Shown here piece by piece: positions 32,401 through 47,400 of a stretch of DNA of 64,000 nucleotides. The translations under genes were made by a program, and so were the position numbers. How positions within the stretch are numbered: position 1 is the first letter of the stretch; every line of letters starts with the position of its first letter. Under the pieces are notes generated by a model. It did not search any database, was not told the DNA's origin, and saw only the letters and a program-made list of their open reading frames with translations. The DNA lies in the NCBI GenBank assembly GCA_965153285.1, contig OZ229110.1. One strand, 5' to 3'. The stretch is from Podarcis tiliguerta (lineage: Eukaryota).

Positions 32401-35400
32401 CATGTGAAAAGATCAACATAGGACAGTATCCAAAATCGTTCTGTTAGTGCAAGGATTTGCGTTTGCATAAAAAAACCCTTCTACTTCCTCTTCCTGTGCT
32501 CTCCCCAAATCTGCTCCAGAGTGTTGGGAAAACCAACAGAATAGATTTATGGAGCTACAGGTAACTCTCATCATATTAGTAAATAATATTCTCTCAGACA
32601 AATGTCAAGTAAGAAAAAGAACCAGACAAAGTTCTCCGTTGTTATTTATCTTGATGTTAGAAATACTGCTTCAGAATATAAGGAGAAATGAAAGGTATTG
32701 AAGTGGGATGTAGAGTCTATAAATTAAGGGCATTTGCTGATGATGTGGTGTTAACAATGAAACAACCATTGGAGAGTGTTCCAAAACCGCTAGAAGAAAT
32801 TAAAAGGTTTGGAGAAGTGGCAGGTTTTAAAATAAATTCAGACAAAACCAAAATGTTGGTCAAAAACATGGATGAGCAGTTTAAAAAAGTTTTAGAAAGG
32901 TTGTCTGCTTAGTTTGGAGTTGTTTGCTGTAAAGAATGTATATTATGTGAATAAAATAATAAAGGATTTTATTTAAAGAAGAGTGGGAAATGTTTATTGA
33001 ATATATGGAAAATAATTGTACACAGCTGAAAACGCTGGCAGCATGAAGATAAATTCAACAAACAATATTTGATCAATGTAAAAGTGGAAAATTGATTTGA
33101 ATGGTTATAGTAAAATATGCAGGAAAGTATTATATATAATATGAACCATGGAAGGAGAAGAAAGGAAGTCACTGGATATTTTAAAGTTTGTAAAATGATT
33201 TTGAAATGTAGAAAAATGATATATTATTTAAAAAAACTGTTTGAAATGTTAGCTTTACCTGGCTCTGCAAGGGCTTTAGGCTTCTCCACATCCATAGGTT
33301 CCATATGATCTGGCAATTCCTGCAGCTCATCATCTCCAAAGCCAGTGTCTGGACTATTTGTGGGCTTGTCTTCATCATGGCTCAGCGACAGTGATGTTTC
33401 CCTCTTACTGATTTCCAGGACTGCTGCTAAAAGTTCCTCCTCACTCATTCCATCAAAGCCAGCATTTGTTGGCTCTGAAGCCTTATCACTCTCTGTTTTG
33501 ATTTTCTTTGAACCCTGCAGGTGATAAAGGCACAATGGTTTGGGTAGGTATGACTACCACAGAGGCTGAGCTAACCACTCACAAAACTAGTGCGACATTT
33601 TCTTGAGGGCCAAAGCTGTCTCTGATCCCCAGATCTACAAGTGTCGAGTTTTCAGGGCTGAAGTGGCACAGTTATGCCTTGAGAAGGGCTTCTCCATTTG
33701 TTACAGTGATGCATTGCTGCATACACTGCCTCTTTTCAGTGCATGTCCACACCAACTTATGGCTATTAGGAACAACTCTAGTATTTACACCAGTCCATGA
33801 GCCACTTCAAATGTTTGAAAATCTCTCCACACAAAGCAGCTCAAGATGAAAAGAAGAATGTGTAAAAGAGCCAGAAGGTACCAGCAATGAGATGTCTGGC
33901 AATGTGAACCATTTTTTATGGACCTGGATTGCTCATTCTTCTTCAGGCTTTAGTGCCACTTGTCCCAACTGGGCTGGCACCGGCCATAGCTTTTCACAGT
34001 TGTGCACACCCACAGAGAGACAGGCAGACAAGACAGGCAGAGCGAGAGCGCACTTTTCCCTATTCCTGTCTTCTCAATCATCAGCTTTGCATATGGGCAA
34101 TAAAGAAGCTTTCCTCAACCTGATGTCCTCTAGTTGTTTTGTATTCCAACTTCTAGCTCCCCCAACTAGGCTATACTAGCTGAGGGCGATGGAAATTGTG
34201 GCCCAAAGTATATGAAGAGCACTAGATTGGGGAAGACAGGTAACAGAGCATGTTTGCTTCTCCTGCCCCTAACCCTCTCCTTACTTTCTCTAGTTCTTCT
34301 CGTTGCTGTTCCCTGCTTTGGAAATCACATTGTTTTTGGCTGTTTGCAACGGGACGTTTCAGCGGTTCATCTTCACTGTCTGAATCCAGGGTATTTAGAT
34401 TAGGACATTTAAACTTGAACGAGTACTTTCTGAAAAGTAAACACAGAACCTTTATTCCTTACCTTTGAAAAAATCTGCCAGGGACAAATAACATCAGGTT
34501 AAAAAAGGAGGTTTCACATAACAGCTATACAGTTTTAATACACGAATTCAAATAAATCCACCAACCTACAGCAATTCTACAGTTCAGTTAATATTGACCC
34601 TTAACAATAAGATATTAAAAATTTCTTAATCCACATTTAGAATGTTCTGCACAAGGTAAGGATTAGTATTCCTGCAGCTCTTGAGCACCAAGATTACAAG
34701 CTTCCGTCTGGTTCAATGGCATTTTCCAAGTCACTGATGGTGGTCACTCAACAACTTTTAAAAAAATGGTTTGGTAACCAGCTCAGCAATTTTGAACTGG
34801 TTCAGATATAATATACACAGGGCAAAGCCACATCATACGTGTAAAGCACATGACCTTCCCCAAAGAATTCACAAACAGAGCTAAAAGTCCAAGCACCCTT
34901 AACAAACTACAGTTCCCAGGATTGTTGGGGGAAGCCATGCACAGTACACATGCTTTAAGTGTACGGTGTGGATCTGCTCATAGAATGCTTCATGCTAAAA
35001 TTTACTATTTCAGCGTAACCCATACAAAATACATGACACATCCTTTTCAATTGTCATTATGAATATGAAATGAGCTGGGTCAGTCGGCTTGGAAAACTGT
35101 GCATTAAGAAACCAAAATGTTTTGCTGAAGCCAGGTGCATTTGGGAGGGGTGAAGATGGGGCACACAGGAACATGGCTCATTCCCAGAGAGGTGAAACAA
35201 TTTGTCAGACTGGGATTGTTTCAGACAGGGTCTTAGCTTAAAACAGCTACAGCAGTAAAATATTACTTTTGTCTACAATTTAACCAAGTGGAGAAAACAT
35301 AGCTACCAAATGTCCAACATGCTTCAGCCTGCTCGCTAATCCCCACACTGAATTAATCTGATTATAAAAGCAAGGATGTACAATAAAAAAGTAAGGGGAA

Positions 35401-38400
35401 TCAGGGTTGTTTTTGTATACTTATTCACTGCAGGTTCCACAGCCATGTAAACCTGTTACTTACCGACAGGGCGTGAAAATGCTGGCAGAACAGGAATTCA
35501 CCATTTGGGATACTTTCAGTGGTCGAGAGCTAATTAAAACAAAAGCAGGTGTTTACTGTATGACATTTGAAAGCCTACTATGCATGGCCAATTTGACGGT
35601 GACCTCAAACTCTAGTCTATATCTTTAAAAAAATGTGACAAGAAACCTTTGCATTGGATTAACAATACAATGCTACAAAATATATGTTAAAATATCTTAT
35701 CCCTTTACACTTTTTGCAATGGTTCTCAGTACGGCACTGCTGAAGCCTGTTCCTGTCTAACTCATTTTTCCAAATCTACACTTTATAGTTATCCTCATTC
35801 TTGAGCAATCCCCCACTAGCACCCTCAATTAACTTTATTCAAGTTCCTTGTTATGCCCTGGAATTCATAGACCAGCGAGAACGACCTACAGAACAGGACA
35901 ACTGAGTCAAACCTCTAAGATCAAGTTGGTTAAATGTAATATAAAAAGGAAATGATCATGACCTTTTCCTAAAGAAAAGTATCTATCATGAAGTATTTCA
36001 AATATGCTTGTAGGCTTGTCAGTAAAGGAGAAATAAAAGGCGTAGCTTACATTGCTGACTGTGCACTCCACCCCAGATTCAGTGGGGACCTTGTGCTTTC
36101 TGTACAGTGTGACTGCAGGGTTAAAAATCTTGGTATAACCACTTGCTGTCCAACTTTGTGATTGAGGGAGTGCGCCACATTGAAGCTGTACCGTTTCAGG
36201 TGAAGAATCAACACCCTTCAAGACACAAAAACAGTTGGAAACTTCATTAATGTTGTTTTAACAAAAATACAAAGGAGTTGTTTATTCCCAGGCAGAATAC
36301 TTCTCGCACAACACAGAGACCTGGTCTCTTCCCCCAGCTTGCTATCAATACGTAATAAAACTGTGTGGGTGGGACAGGCCATGGGAATATATAGTTTTTC
36401 ATCTAGCATCAAAGTATGCCACAATTTTTGTTAGAATGAGAATTCTGCAGCTGCAAGTCCCTTCTGTCAAACAGGGATGCTATAAAGCATCCTCAAAGCC
36501 ATCTACTGAACTCCTAGTTTCAGGGCTAACATTATTTTGTTCTACATTTACAGTCGAGCAAGGCAGCCACTTTTAAACCAATATTAAACTTTTACCCATC
36601 ATTCATTTTGTTCATCTATATATCCTGAAAGTTACTAGTATTGTCATACAATTTTGTACCAAGGCCATATACCTACCTGGGAAACCGACTGAATTTGTGT
36701 GTAACAAGAGCAGATTTTCCATTGCATTTCTCGCAAGAATATTCTATCTCTTCTGCCTAAGAGACATAATACAAACAATGAATACAATACAAGGATTGTA
36801 ATCTATCAAACCTTATTTAAGGAACAGGTAACTTTCTATCTCAGAAGTGCAGAGACCCACTTTCTATTTCAGAGTGCAATTGGCAAATAAATTGTATGGT
36901 TCACATCGATTATAGTGCTCTGCAGGAGGCTGATGTCTGTCTAGCGCAGAGACTACCCTGTGGACTCCAGCTTTATGGGAACTATAATCAGCCCAGATAT
37001 ATGACTAAACCCAACAGTATGGCAGCACTGAAAGAAGTGTTTTGTTCTATCAATCAGTACAAACCCATGCACCTTCATTCAGCAATTGCTCTGCTTTGAA
37101 AGGGGTTTACTCCCAGGTAAATGTGCACATGACTGCAGCATAAGTTTCCTTAATGTGATTGGATACTGTTGAGGTCTGATCAGCATATGTGTTAGATATT
37201 GTTGGTTAGAATTTTGCTACTGGTCTCTAAATGGTTACATGAGTTGCCTTGAACGTTCCAACTAGCTATTCTGTGAACCACACTAAGAACCCTGGGTATA
37301 GGGAGGTATATAAATTCAATAAATAATTAGAATAATAGTGGGACAAAGAAGCTTAGCGCTGGAAAGGTAGCTTTGCCATGTGTGGGGTCAAAGCTGAGCG
37401 GTGTAGAATAATAAAGTTATTTCTTCTCAATATGTGTTCTCTGCGCTATTGCCCAAAGTAAGTACCACAATATACTCGGAGAAGTGTCGCTTATCCGAGA
37501 TTCAAACACAAAAACTGGACAGACGATTCTAATATTCCTAACCGAGGGCAACTTCTCCTGTACTTGGCCACCCAGTGTCAAAGGTAGATTTATATACCAC
37601 TTTTCATTGACTCTCTCTCTCATTCCACTCCCCATCTCCGTGCATAATTCACAAAGGCCTAAATTACTTAGACTCAAAGTAACTTAAAAACCATCCAGTT
37701 CTTCGTGCTCTACCCGGATCACGGAGATCCTCTGATGGGGCACTTCTGGTGGCTTCCCATGCCCCTGTGATTCAGTTGGCCTTTACTAGGAACCAAGATT
37801 TTAATGTGGCAGGCCCTATGGATTTCCTTGCTTGTAAAGACTTGTCAGGAATCATCCCAGCCCACTTTTAGGTGTTTCCTGAAAACTGTGCCATTCAGAC
37901 AGGCCTTCAAAATGCAAATTTCTTTCACCCTAGCAGTTTTAATGTTTTTACTGATCTTATTGCAACTTTGTATGTGGTATATACTACCATGAAAATTGTG
38001 GCCTATAAATATTTAAATAAATCATAACATATGGAACAGATTATTGCTGCAGAGGCTTGGGCTTCTGTAATATTTTGAGTCTTGTTCAACTAGTGCCAGC
38101 ACCGCACCTGACCAAACAGTGATTCCTACAAAGGACATAGGTTTTCACTTAGAGCTGATGGGGGAACCCATGCAAATCTACACATTCATCCTTAGCTTTG
38201 CATGAAGAAAAGAATGGATAGCAAGAAGTAATCAGACACTTCGATGGTGAAATGAGGGGGGGAATCTGTTAATGAAAGATATGCTGAATGACATTAAAAA
38301 GCCTTGTATATTGCATACCCTAAAAAAGAGGTCCAAGGAATCTTGGATAGATCGAGATGGATGAAGTTTTTTTCTTCTTGGAAAGTCAATTGAAAGGTCA

Positions 38401-41400
38401 TTAAACTGCTCCCGTTTGGTGACTGTTTCACCACACCTGCATTGAAAAAAAATGTCCTTGTGTATTTTAGTCTACCCACATATTCCCTATTCATTACAAG
38501 TTGTATTAGTAACTCATAAATATATCCAAATTTCTGAGTATATGAGTCACACTCAGATATCTTAAGAAAAAAGATGTAATACCAGTCTGTAAAAAAACCA
38601 AGTAGAATAAATAAATACATATTTTGGCATATATTTAGTGGAAGAGGTAAGAGAAATAGTCTCACTGAATTAACTACCAAAGATAGAAGAGGATATGTAA
38701 TTGAAGCAATGAAACATGTAATTTATATTGATAGGAATTCTATATTGCTGAATTTTGTAGTTACTTTATTTAATATTATAAAAACCAAAATAAACATTAA
38801 AAAATAGAAGAGGATATCAAAAAGAGGTCTAAACTGCAACTTCTTTGACAACAATAGCACTTATTAAAATGAAGTAGTTGTTTCTAACATTAACATTACA
38901 AAAGAAGGGATAGAAGGGTGGGAGACAAGTAGAAAAGTATTTATCATTTCGGGCAAAAGAGCTGGAATTGCAAAGGGAATGCCTAGTAGTAATGGGTATT
39001 ACATGACAGCAGCATAGATGGTATAGCTCTCTAGGCATGAGATCCAGCACCACCCCAATGGATGTGATGGAATTCCTCTTCCCACCCACCCTGACCTCTG
39101 GAGCCGATTTTGGGGGAGCAGAGGAAAAGGAAAGAAGGGAGGAGACAGAAGCATAGAACAATGAAACAAGGGGAGGGACTGTTAAAATACTTACATTTTA
39201 CATATGATAGAATGTTGAACTTCAAATTCTAAGTTTGTAATTACTGGGCATGTGTACACTCTGGTGGCTGACAAGTCATCAGATATACGTCCTAGAGAGC
39301 TGTCTTCACCAGAAATTGGCTCAGTCTTCCAAGTTTTGTTCAGCTTCTCCACGTCCTCCTTCAGCTGATCCAAGCACTGACTTAAGAATTCATGAGCATC
39401 CTAAAACCATGTATACATTTCCTTAGAATAGTGACTTTCAAGACCCATTCACACATTTATTTAAATGTATCTTATATATAAACCAATTTACCTCAATTTC
39501 TTAAAGAGGGTGAGGTCCCAAACAATACATTCATACCAGAATCCACATATTCAACTCAATTTGAATTACAAATATCCCAAATAACTAAGTTTTAAAACAT
39601 AGTTTTAATAAAACCTAAAATTCTCCTCCTTACTAGCTCTGCACACTTGCGGTTTTCATTTTCCCCTAATATGTAATCACAACTTTGTTTATTTAAGGTG
39701 AAAAACAACAAAACAGAAAAAAGATCTAGCTTTAACCAAACAAAAGCAAATTAAGAGAGAGGCTAAAGGAAAAAAAGAATGCAAAAAATAATAATGAACT
39801 AAACGTTTTACTAAACCAAAACACACATTATGTGTATACACACAGGACCAAATGCATCTCATGCTTAAAGGGTATTTTTCAGTGGGAAATTGTTCAGTTT
39901 TTAAAAAGCAAACCCATAAATTACTCAAAAACCCAAAGCCAAGAAGTAAAAAGTCTGGTAACATTTATACAGTGGTACCTCGGGTTACAGACACTTCAGG
40001 TTACAGACTCCGCTAACCCAGAAATAGTACCTCGGGTTAAGAACTTTGCTTCAGGATGAGAATAGAAATCACACACCAGCGGGAGGCCCCATTAGCTAAA
40101 GTGGTACTTAAGGTTAAGAACAGTTTCAGGTTAAGAACGGGCCTCCAGAACGAATTAAGTTCTTAACCCGAGGTACCACTGTAGTGCCTAAATCAAGTCA
40201 CCAGCTGCTGTTAAGAAAAACCAGAGGGGGAGGATGAACACCTTTTGAAGCTGAGATGTATTCAGGCCTTTGATATATTTTCTGCACCACATTATTATAT
40301 TATTAGATTCTACAGTGTAATTTATTGTATATTGATATTTTGGTCAAATACAAACCTTTAACCTATCAACATGCAATTTGACAACTTTCGAAGGGCTTGC
40401 GGGAGGGAGAAAGAGAAGAGAACTCAGCAATAGTAACGAAAAGAGAATGGACATTCCATCTCTCTTTTCTTTTCTTTTTAAATGTTGTATCATCAAAATT
40501 CAGGGAAAGAATTAAGTTTTTGAAAAACACGCTTCCACTGTACTTTTCTTTTGCGAACAGCAAAACATATAAGCGTAACAACCAAGTACGATTCAGGAAG
40601 TGATCACTGAAAAAATCTATCCACGAGGCCTCCTGCCCTTGTAGCATATGCCACTGCTTGTCAATAGTCAGTCACATGCCACTAACTCTGCAAGTTTCCT
40701 GACCTGCATAGAAAAACTACGAACTCCTGTTACGCAGCTCTTTTTGCATCAATATTTCCATAGTTGGTCATATCACTCCTTAAAATACTTCAGCTACTAG
40801 AAAGCGAAATACTTACATTTTGCATGTAACCAGAGAATCTCTCTGCAGTAGCTGAAATTGCATTTTTCACCTTCTTAAGTAGGTCTTTCTTTACTTCAGG
40901 GCTACAAACATCTTTTTTAGCAAGTAGATGGGTAAAGCGCCTGGACAAATTAATGCAGTGACATTTAAATGTCAAAAAGCAAGTTAGGCATTGTTTAATG
41001 CTAAAAATATCTGCAAAGTTAACATACCCTTAGACATTTGTTCGCACTCCCTCCCATTATATTGCATGTATTTTAAAATCAACTCACATAAAATATGTTA
41101 TGCTTATTAGCAGGATCTTGTATGAGCAGAAAAAAACGACTGGCCCAATACCCTTTTTATAGGAATGTATTATTCAAACTTTGATATGCCCCTCTCCACA
41201 TAACCAGGAAACTTATGACTTACAGTTTTTCTAAGCATCCATTATTGTGCTTGCAAAACCTTTTTCAATACAATGCACACATCTATTCATTACCACAGCA
41301 AAGAAAGAGGAAAGAGCAGAGGCTCAATAAATGAGGAACTGCAGTAATAAAAGCAGCAACCTTTTATCAAAAATATATGCAAGAACAGTTACAAATAGCA

Positions 41401-44400
41401 CGCCAAATCTGAATGCTTCTTTTGAAGCTGTACTAGTAAAAAATGTTTACTTAACTCACAAAGCTGGCGCTTACCTGATAAGTGCATTGTTTGGAACTTT
41501 TTTCCATGGGATATTTTGTTTCAAAAGATCATTAGCAAACGATTGAATTGAAAATAGAGATTGTAAAATAGCATTCATGTAACAGGTATTCCCCAAGTTT
41601 GTAAACCTGTGAAGAAGCACAAAGTGACACAGTTGTTACATTGGAACATTTTCAACACAGATATTTTACACCGACTACAAAAGGTCAGCAAACTTTTTCA
41701 GCAGGGGGCCAGTCCAGTGTCCTTCAGACTATGTGGTGGGCCAGACTATATTTTGGAGAAAAAATAATGAACAAATTCTTATGCCCCACAAATAACCCAG
41801 AGATGCATTTTAAATAAAAGGACACATTCTACTCATGTAAAAACACCAGGCAGGCTCCACAAATAACCCAGAGATGCATTTTAAATAAAAGGACACATTC
41901 GGCTCATGTAAAAACACGCTGATTCCCGGACCATACGCAGGCCGGATTTAGAAGGCAATTGGGCCAGATCCAGCCCCCGGGCCTTAGTTTGCCTACCCTG
42001 CCCTCCTACACACTGATTAGGAGTCTGTCTGTTTGGAGTATGCAATGAATAACAATCATAACATTACACAACAGAGTTTGTAGGATTGTTTATAGATAAG
42101 AGCCAATTAGATCCCAGATTCCATTTAGGCTTCTTAAGTAGTACACCTGTACTTGTAAGGTCTATAAGCATGATCTTATAATCTGTCATCCAAACTACCC
42201 AGAAGATGCTTGTGACAAATCAGTCTGAAGATGTTATTAATTTTCTTCAAATGTAACAAACAAACAAAAAATTCCATGCAAGGAATGCAGAAGAGGGGGA
42301 AACTAATAGATTTGCCACCTAATTTTTGACATTATTTTAAAGGAAAAAAACCTAGTCTTATACACTGAAAAATATGGTAACTCTGGTCCGCCCTTGCTCA
42401 CTGTCTTAACAATCTACAAAGCTATTAAATTGTTAAATACAGAGTTTGCATTAACATAAGTGGCAGCCCCTGCTCAAAGGGACTCTAACTTAACGTTAAA
42501 CACACAGCACAAAAACGAAGAATAATACTTTTTAAAAATGAAGACATGGAGATATGGTGCTGGAAGATATTTGGTTGTAGAAAAAGCTGACAAGTTGGAT
42601 TTGTTTCTATGTAACCAATACCTAAACTGAGCACACAGTGTGCCCACACACAGATACTGAAAATCTAAAAACTTACCCTTGCAGTTGCTGCTGTGGGTGA
42701 GTGGAAAGGGGGACTCGTGGCTTGTTCCATCCCATGTAATCCTGGTTAGGTCTCATTTTTTTAACAGAGAGAGGGGCTGGCTGAGAGAGAAACCCCAAGC
42801 TTCTTTTTGCAGAAGGAGTCTGATTCAACAGGTTAGTCCTACAAGGCGAGATGGATAAATAGCCATCAAATCCATCTCAAGAATAACAATGCCAGCTACT
42901 GCCACCAGTGATATAGCAGCAGTCATATTCCATGAGCATTGAGGATGCTTCGAATGGGGATGCATCAATAGGAAGTTATCACAAGGTGGACAGCCTCCCA
43001 AAATGTTTGTTCATTCTTTCTCTCACACATGCAGGATGCTTTGCATCCACAGAAGGGCCATATGTGATTATGAATCACATTTATACAGCCTACAAAGACT
43101 CCTCTGAGTATTAGTCACAGACCCCACTAAAGAGCAACACATTTCCAGCTCCCTGTTGCAGATAAACCTGCTGGAAGTAGAAGTAAAAAGAATTCTAATT
43201 TCATTTTTCAACTTGCACGGTTTTTAAGTATGTATAACAAGTTCTCCTTAAAAATACTTTACACTTGAAGATCACACTTTTAGAATAAAGCATTGTGAAA
43301 TAAAAATGGAGTTTATAAATTATGGCTACCCATTCCAAGTTTCCCTTTGTGTACATTTCTGTAGACTATAATCAGTATTACTCTACCTAAGAAAGCTTAA
43401 CATAAAGGTTTTCCTTGACTGTAGTGGCTGATTACTACCTTTTGGACAAGGCATTAGATGGCAGCCATAAGCCATATGCACCATTAGGTACTCTAGTCTT
43501 GTACATACTAAACAACCAAGAGGTTTTCTGTAGAAAAGGAGCTTCCCTGGACGCAGCTAGTAGATGAGGAAGATGCAACAACCCAAGAGCCACGGGTTTT
43601 TTTGCTTGGGTACAAAGGTCTGCCAAAATGTCTTGCTGACTAGTATCAGGCTGATCTGCATGTGTGTATTTACCCATTCATACAGGACAGGGCATGCGCT
43701 CTTATATCACGTAGATGTATTCAATTAGCACAGCACCCAGTATTTTATGATTTGCGTACTCCTGTGCAGAAAACGTTTGAAATGGTGCCAAGAGTAACAT
43801 AAGAAGCTGTTTTCATGAAGAACTACACCATTTAATGAATGGAGCACTCCAATGACCAAGAATTTGAAAGAAATTAGCCAAGGAATGCTGTACTTACCTG
43901 TCCAAATTAGAACTCCCAGCTGAATAATCCTTTGAAGATGATCTGCTTCCATAAAATGAAGAGGATTGTAAAGGCAAAACTCCTTAAAAGGAAAAAGAAA
44001 TCAATTTCTGTAAGAACTGTCTTAGAAAGTAAACTATACAACTGTCCAACAGTCAACATTTCAAAGGAGATGCAACAATTAAACTGTGATTAGTTTCTGC
44101 CAAAGGCTTCATCCCTGCTATAAAATACTGCAATGGATATATCTGCCAGGCAAAATACAGATATTTCACATCATATGAACCTTGGGAATCTTTTGCCCTT
44201 ATCACGTCTCAAAACTCTATGCCTTGGCTACAGCAATGAGATTTATAAGCTATGTCATGGCTTCACTTAACCTCCAGAAAGCTTAGTTTTATGCAATATA
44301 AGTGGGTGTTTGTGTAACTATATTACACACAAAGTTTTTTAAAACCCTCCAAGTCAGGACATATGTGCTTTTATATTATATGTGGAGGCACAATGTAGAC

Positions 44401-47400
44401 TATTAGGGTTGCTTTGCTAATCTGGAAACTTCAGATTCAAAGCCAGAAGAAGAAAGAAGCATGCCTTTCCCTAACATAGTTTCCAGCAAACATCTACTGA
44501 GTGATGATATTATAATTACTCCTGGAACAGTCAACTTTAGCCTTACTTTTTACTGAAAAGACACTGTGCATTGTTTATCAAAATAAATTTAAAATGCTAT
44601 CTCCTAAATTTCAATGTAAGTAGGGAATGTCTAATTTAGTTACTATCTCCAGGGGGAATTAATTTATTGATCACCATGGTGGAATAATAAGGAAAGTCAC
44701 TGGGAAGTCAGAAAAAAAATTGGAGACTCATTTCTGTATTATGCAATCGTAGCACTCTCTCCTCCTCCTAATCCCCCATTTAAACAATTATCAAGATAAA
44801 ACTCTCATTTGGACTTCCTTACTTTCAGCTAACCTCAAGAATATGGTTTACATTTTAATTTTTGCCCTTCTAATGTTTCTCAAGTGAGAACAAAAATAAT
44901 TTCATTATACAGAGACTTTTAGAAGGTCAGTTTTCAAAATAAAAACAAAATGTGTTTAGTTTTAACTAGTTAGCCATTGTACAAAATGGTCAAAAACAGT
45001 ATCATTTTTTTACCTGATGTCCTATTCTCCTCAGTCTGTTTCAAGCTCATCTGTTTTTCCCTGCTGCTACATAAGAATTTCCGTGCTGGATCAGTCATGG
45101 CTTTGTTATTGCTGCAGATAAACCCATATAACTTTAAATAAGTTATGTAAAACAATATTGTACACCACTTCCCTTGGTTTACATTTATTAACCACCATTA
45201 CAAGTTCCCTAAAATCTCAGGTACAGTGGAACCTCAGGTTACGTACCATCCATCTTACGAATGCTTCGGGTAACAAGCTCCACTAACCCAGAAGTAGATG
45301 CCCCTAGTTGTGAACTTTGCCCCAGAATGCGAGCGGAAGTCGTGCGCCAGTGGCACGGCAGCAGTGGGAGGCCCCATTAGCAAAAGCGCACCTCATGTTA
45401 AGAACGGTTTCGGCTTAAGAACAGAGCTCCGGAACAAATTACCGTATCTTTTGTTCCATAAGACACACTTTTTTCCTCCTAAAAAGTAAGGGGAAATGTC
45501 TTTGCGTCTTATGGAGCGAATGCGTGGTACTTGGAGCCGAATTGGCCAGGGGCAGAAAGCAGATCGTGCTTTTTTTTTTTTTTTTTTTTGAGAAAGCAGG
45601 AAGGGGGTGTTGAAACAAAGCCGCTGAGCAGCTGATCGGCAAGGGATCGGGAGGGACATAAGGGACTCTAGAGATAAAGGAGGCTGCCTGGGAGCGGGGA
45701 GGTAAAAGCACATGGATCCTCAGGATTTTTGCATTGGGTCACCCCAAATTCACCATCAGATCACATAGCATGTCCATGGCTATAGCCTGCACCAAAAAAC
45801 CCACGCATCCACTGTTTCGTGGGGCCGCAATGCCATAAAAACGTGGTTACAAAGCACGGATCCACATGGATCCTCAGGATTTTTGCATTGGGTCACCCCA
45901 AATTCACCATCAGATCACCTAACATATCTATGCTACAGCCTGCACCAAGAAAATCACGCACCCACTGTTTCATGGGGCCACAATGGCACAAAAACGTAGT
46001 TACAAAGCATGTCCATGGCTACAGCCTGCACCAAGAAAACCACACATCTATTGTTTCGTGGGGCCGCAATGGTGCAAAAACGTGATTGCAAAGCACGGAT
46101 CCACATGGATCCTCAGGATTTTTGCATTGGGTCACCCCAAACTCACCGTCAAATCATATATCATGTCTGTGGCCACAGCATGAACCACAAAAATCATACA
46201 CCCACTGTTTCGTTCAGAATGTTTTTTTCCTTGTTTTCCTCCTCTAAAAACTAGGTGCGTCTTATGAAGCGAAAAATACGGTAAGTTCATAACCGGAGAT
46301 ACTACTGTATACTATTCGGGGACTGTCAAATTTTGGGGGCCCATATGGAATTTTGAGAGGCTGCTGGGTGCACCAGCCTGTCTGCTCACTTGTCTCCCCA
46401 CCAGTCCCTCAGACAGACGGTGTGTACACACAAACTTCTGCTTTTCCCTAGGGTCTGAGTAAATGTCAGACCTAGTGGAACTAAAACGGATCCTCTTGAA
46501 TTTGCATGGTTTTACCAAAAAAAGCATCAAATTGCAGTTTACAATGGGAGAGCACAAAATAATTAAAAACTAAAACTAAAGTCAGAGATCCAGAAACTGC
46601 TAGCACCACAAAAATAATGACCCAAGGCATAGACATACTTTGATGAATCATTCTCTTTTGGGTAATCTTCATTCATCTCGGAGGTAGGTGGTGTCCTTTT
46701 CCTTCTTTCACTGTTTTATTAAGGGGGGGAAATCATTTAGTCAACAGGGAAACAATGTGAGCCCAACTCACATTCTCATGCAACCTCCATAAGCCTTATC
46801 ATAAAATGGTTAACTGCCTTCCAGCTAGTTTAGAGTTAAAGCTTTTAGTGCATTTTCCAAAGAGTGTTAGTAAAGACATGGAAAAGCAGTTTACTAATAC
46901 TATGTTCAAAGCTATTCATGTTTTAATGAATGCCTATCAAAGGCTGCAGTGCCTTAAAAGTTTATTTTCATACCGGTTTTCCAACAGCCCTGTTCTGTGA
47001 GGTGTTGAAGCAGCAGAAGGACTAGAAATGGTAACTCGGTAGCCAGGCGTTCCAGTTACTGAAGAATTCTTAATAGATGCCCTTCCTGGGTTGCCCAGCA
47101 CCTTACGAAGTTGAGTTTCATCTTTATTTTCTACAATCCCTTTTTTTGAAGGAGTCTATGAGAATCATAAACACTGTAATCAGTACAGCATACTGTATTT
47201 CAAGTCATGGACCCATTTCAGAGAGTCAGTGGCACATATGCTATCAGCAGGCCACCTGGCAACCCAGAAAACACTGCATATGGATTACATCTGTAGTAAC
47301 CGGCACTTTCCTACAAAACTTATAAGCAGCTGCCATAATTTTACTGCAGTAGCCATATTTCAAGTTGCCATGATGACAGACTTTGCTGCAGTCACTGATT

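Larger units (their letters stand above)
45224..46307 (+). mobile_element. Tc1/mariner-type MITE (family A) interrupted by a nested element
   Basis: Left part 45224-45441 and right end 46282-46307 rejoin at a TA to give the family-A sequence. Confidence 0.82.

Noticed and set aside
32688-32912. Reverse transcriptase ORF as an active or domesticated RT, or a retron-like system
   Set aside because: Short, frameshifted, internally deleted LINE remnant.
34463-34474. Apparent 12-nt USP37 microexon (CAG|ATTTTTTCAAAG|GTAAGG on minus)
   Set aside because: The following intron would be only 33 nt, too short to splice. Read-through hits TAA and skipping to the next exon shifts the frame. Probably decoy or chance sites.
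45705-46215. Regularly recurring ~38-bp motif resembling a CRISPR array
   Set aside because: The intervening sequences are homologous to each other rather than unique spacers, the array lies inside a eukaryotic transposon, and there are no cas genes.
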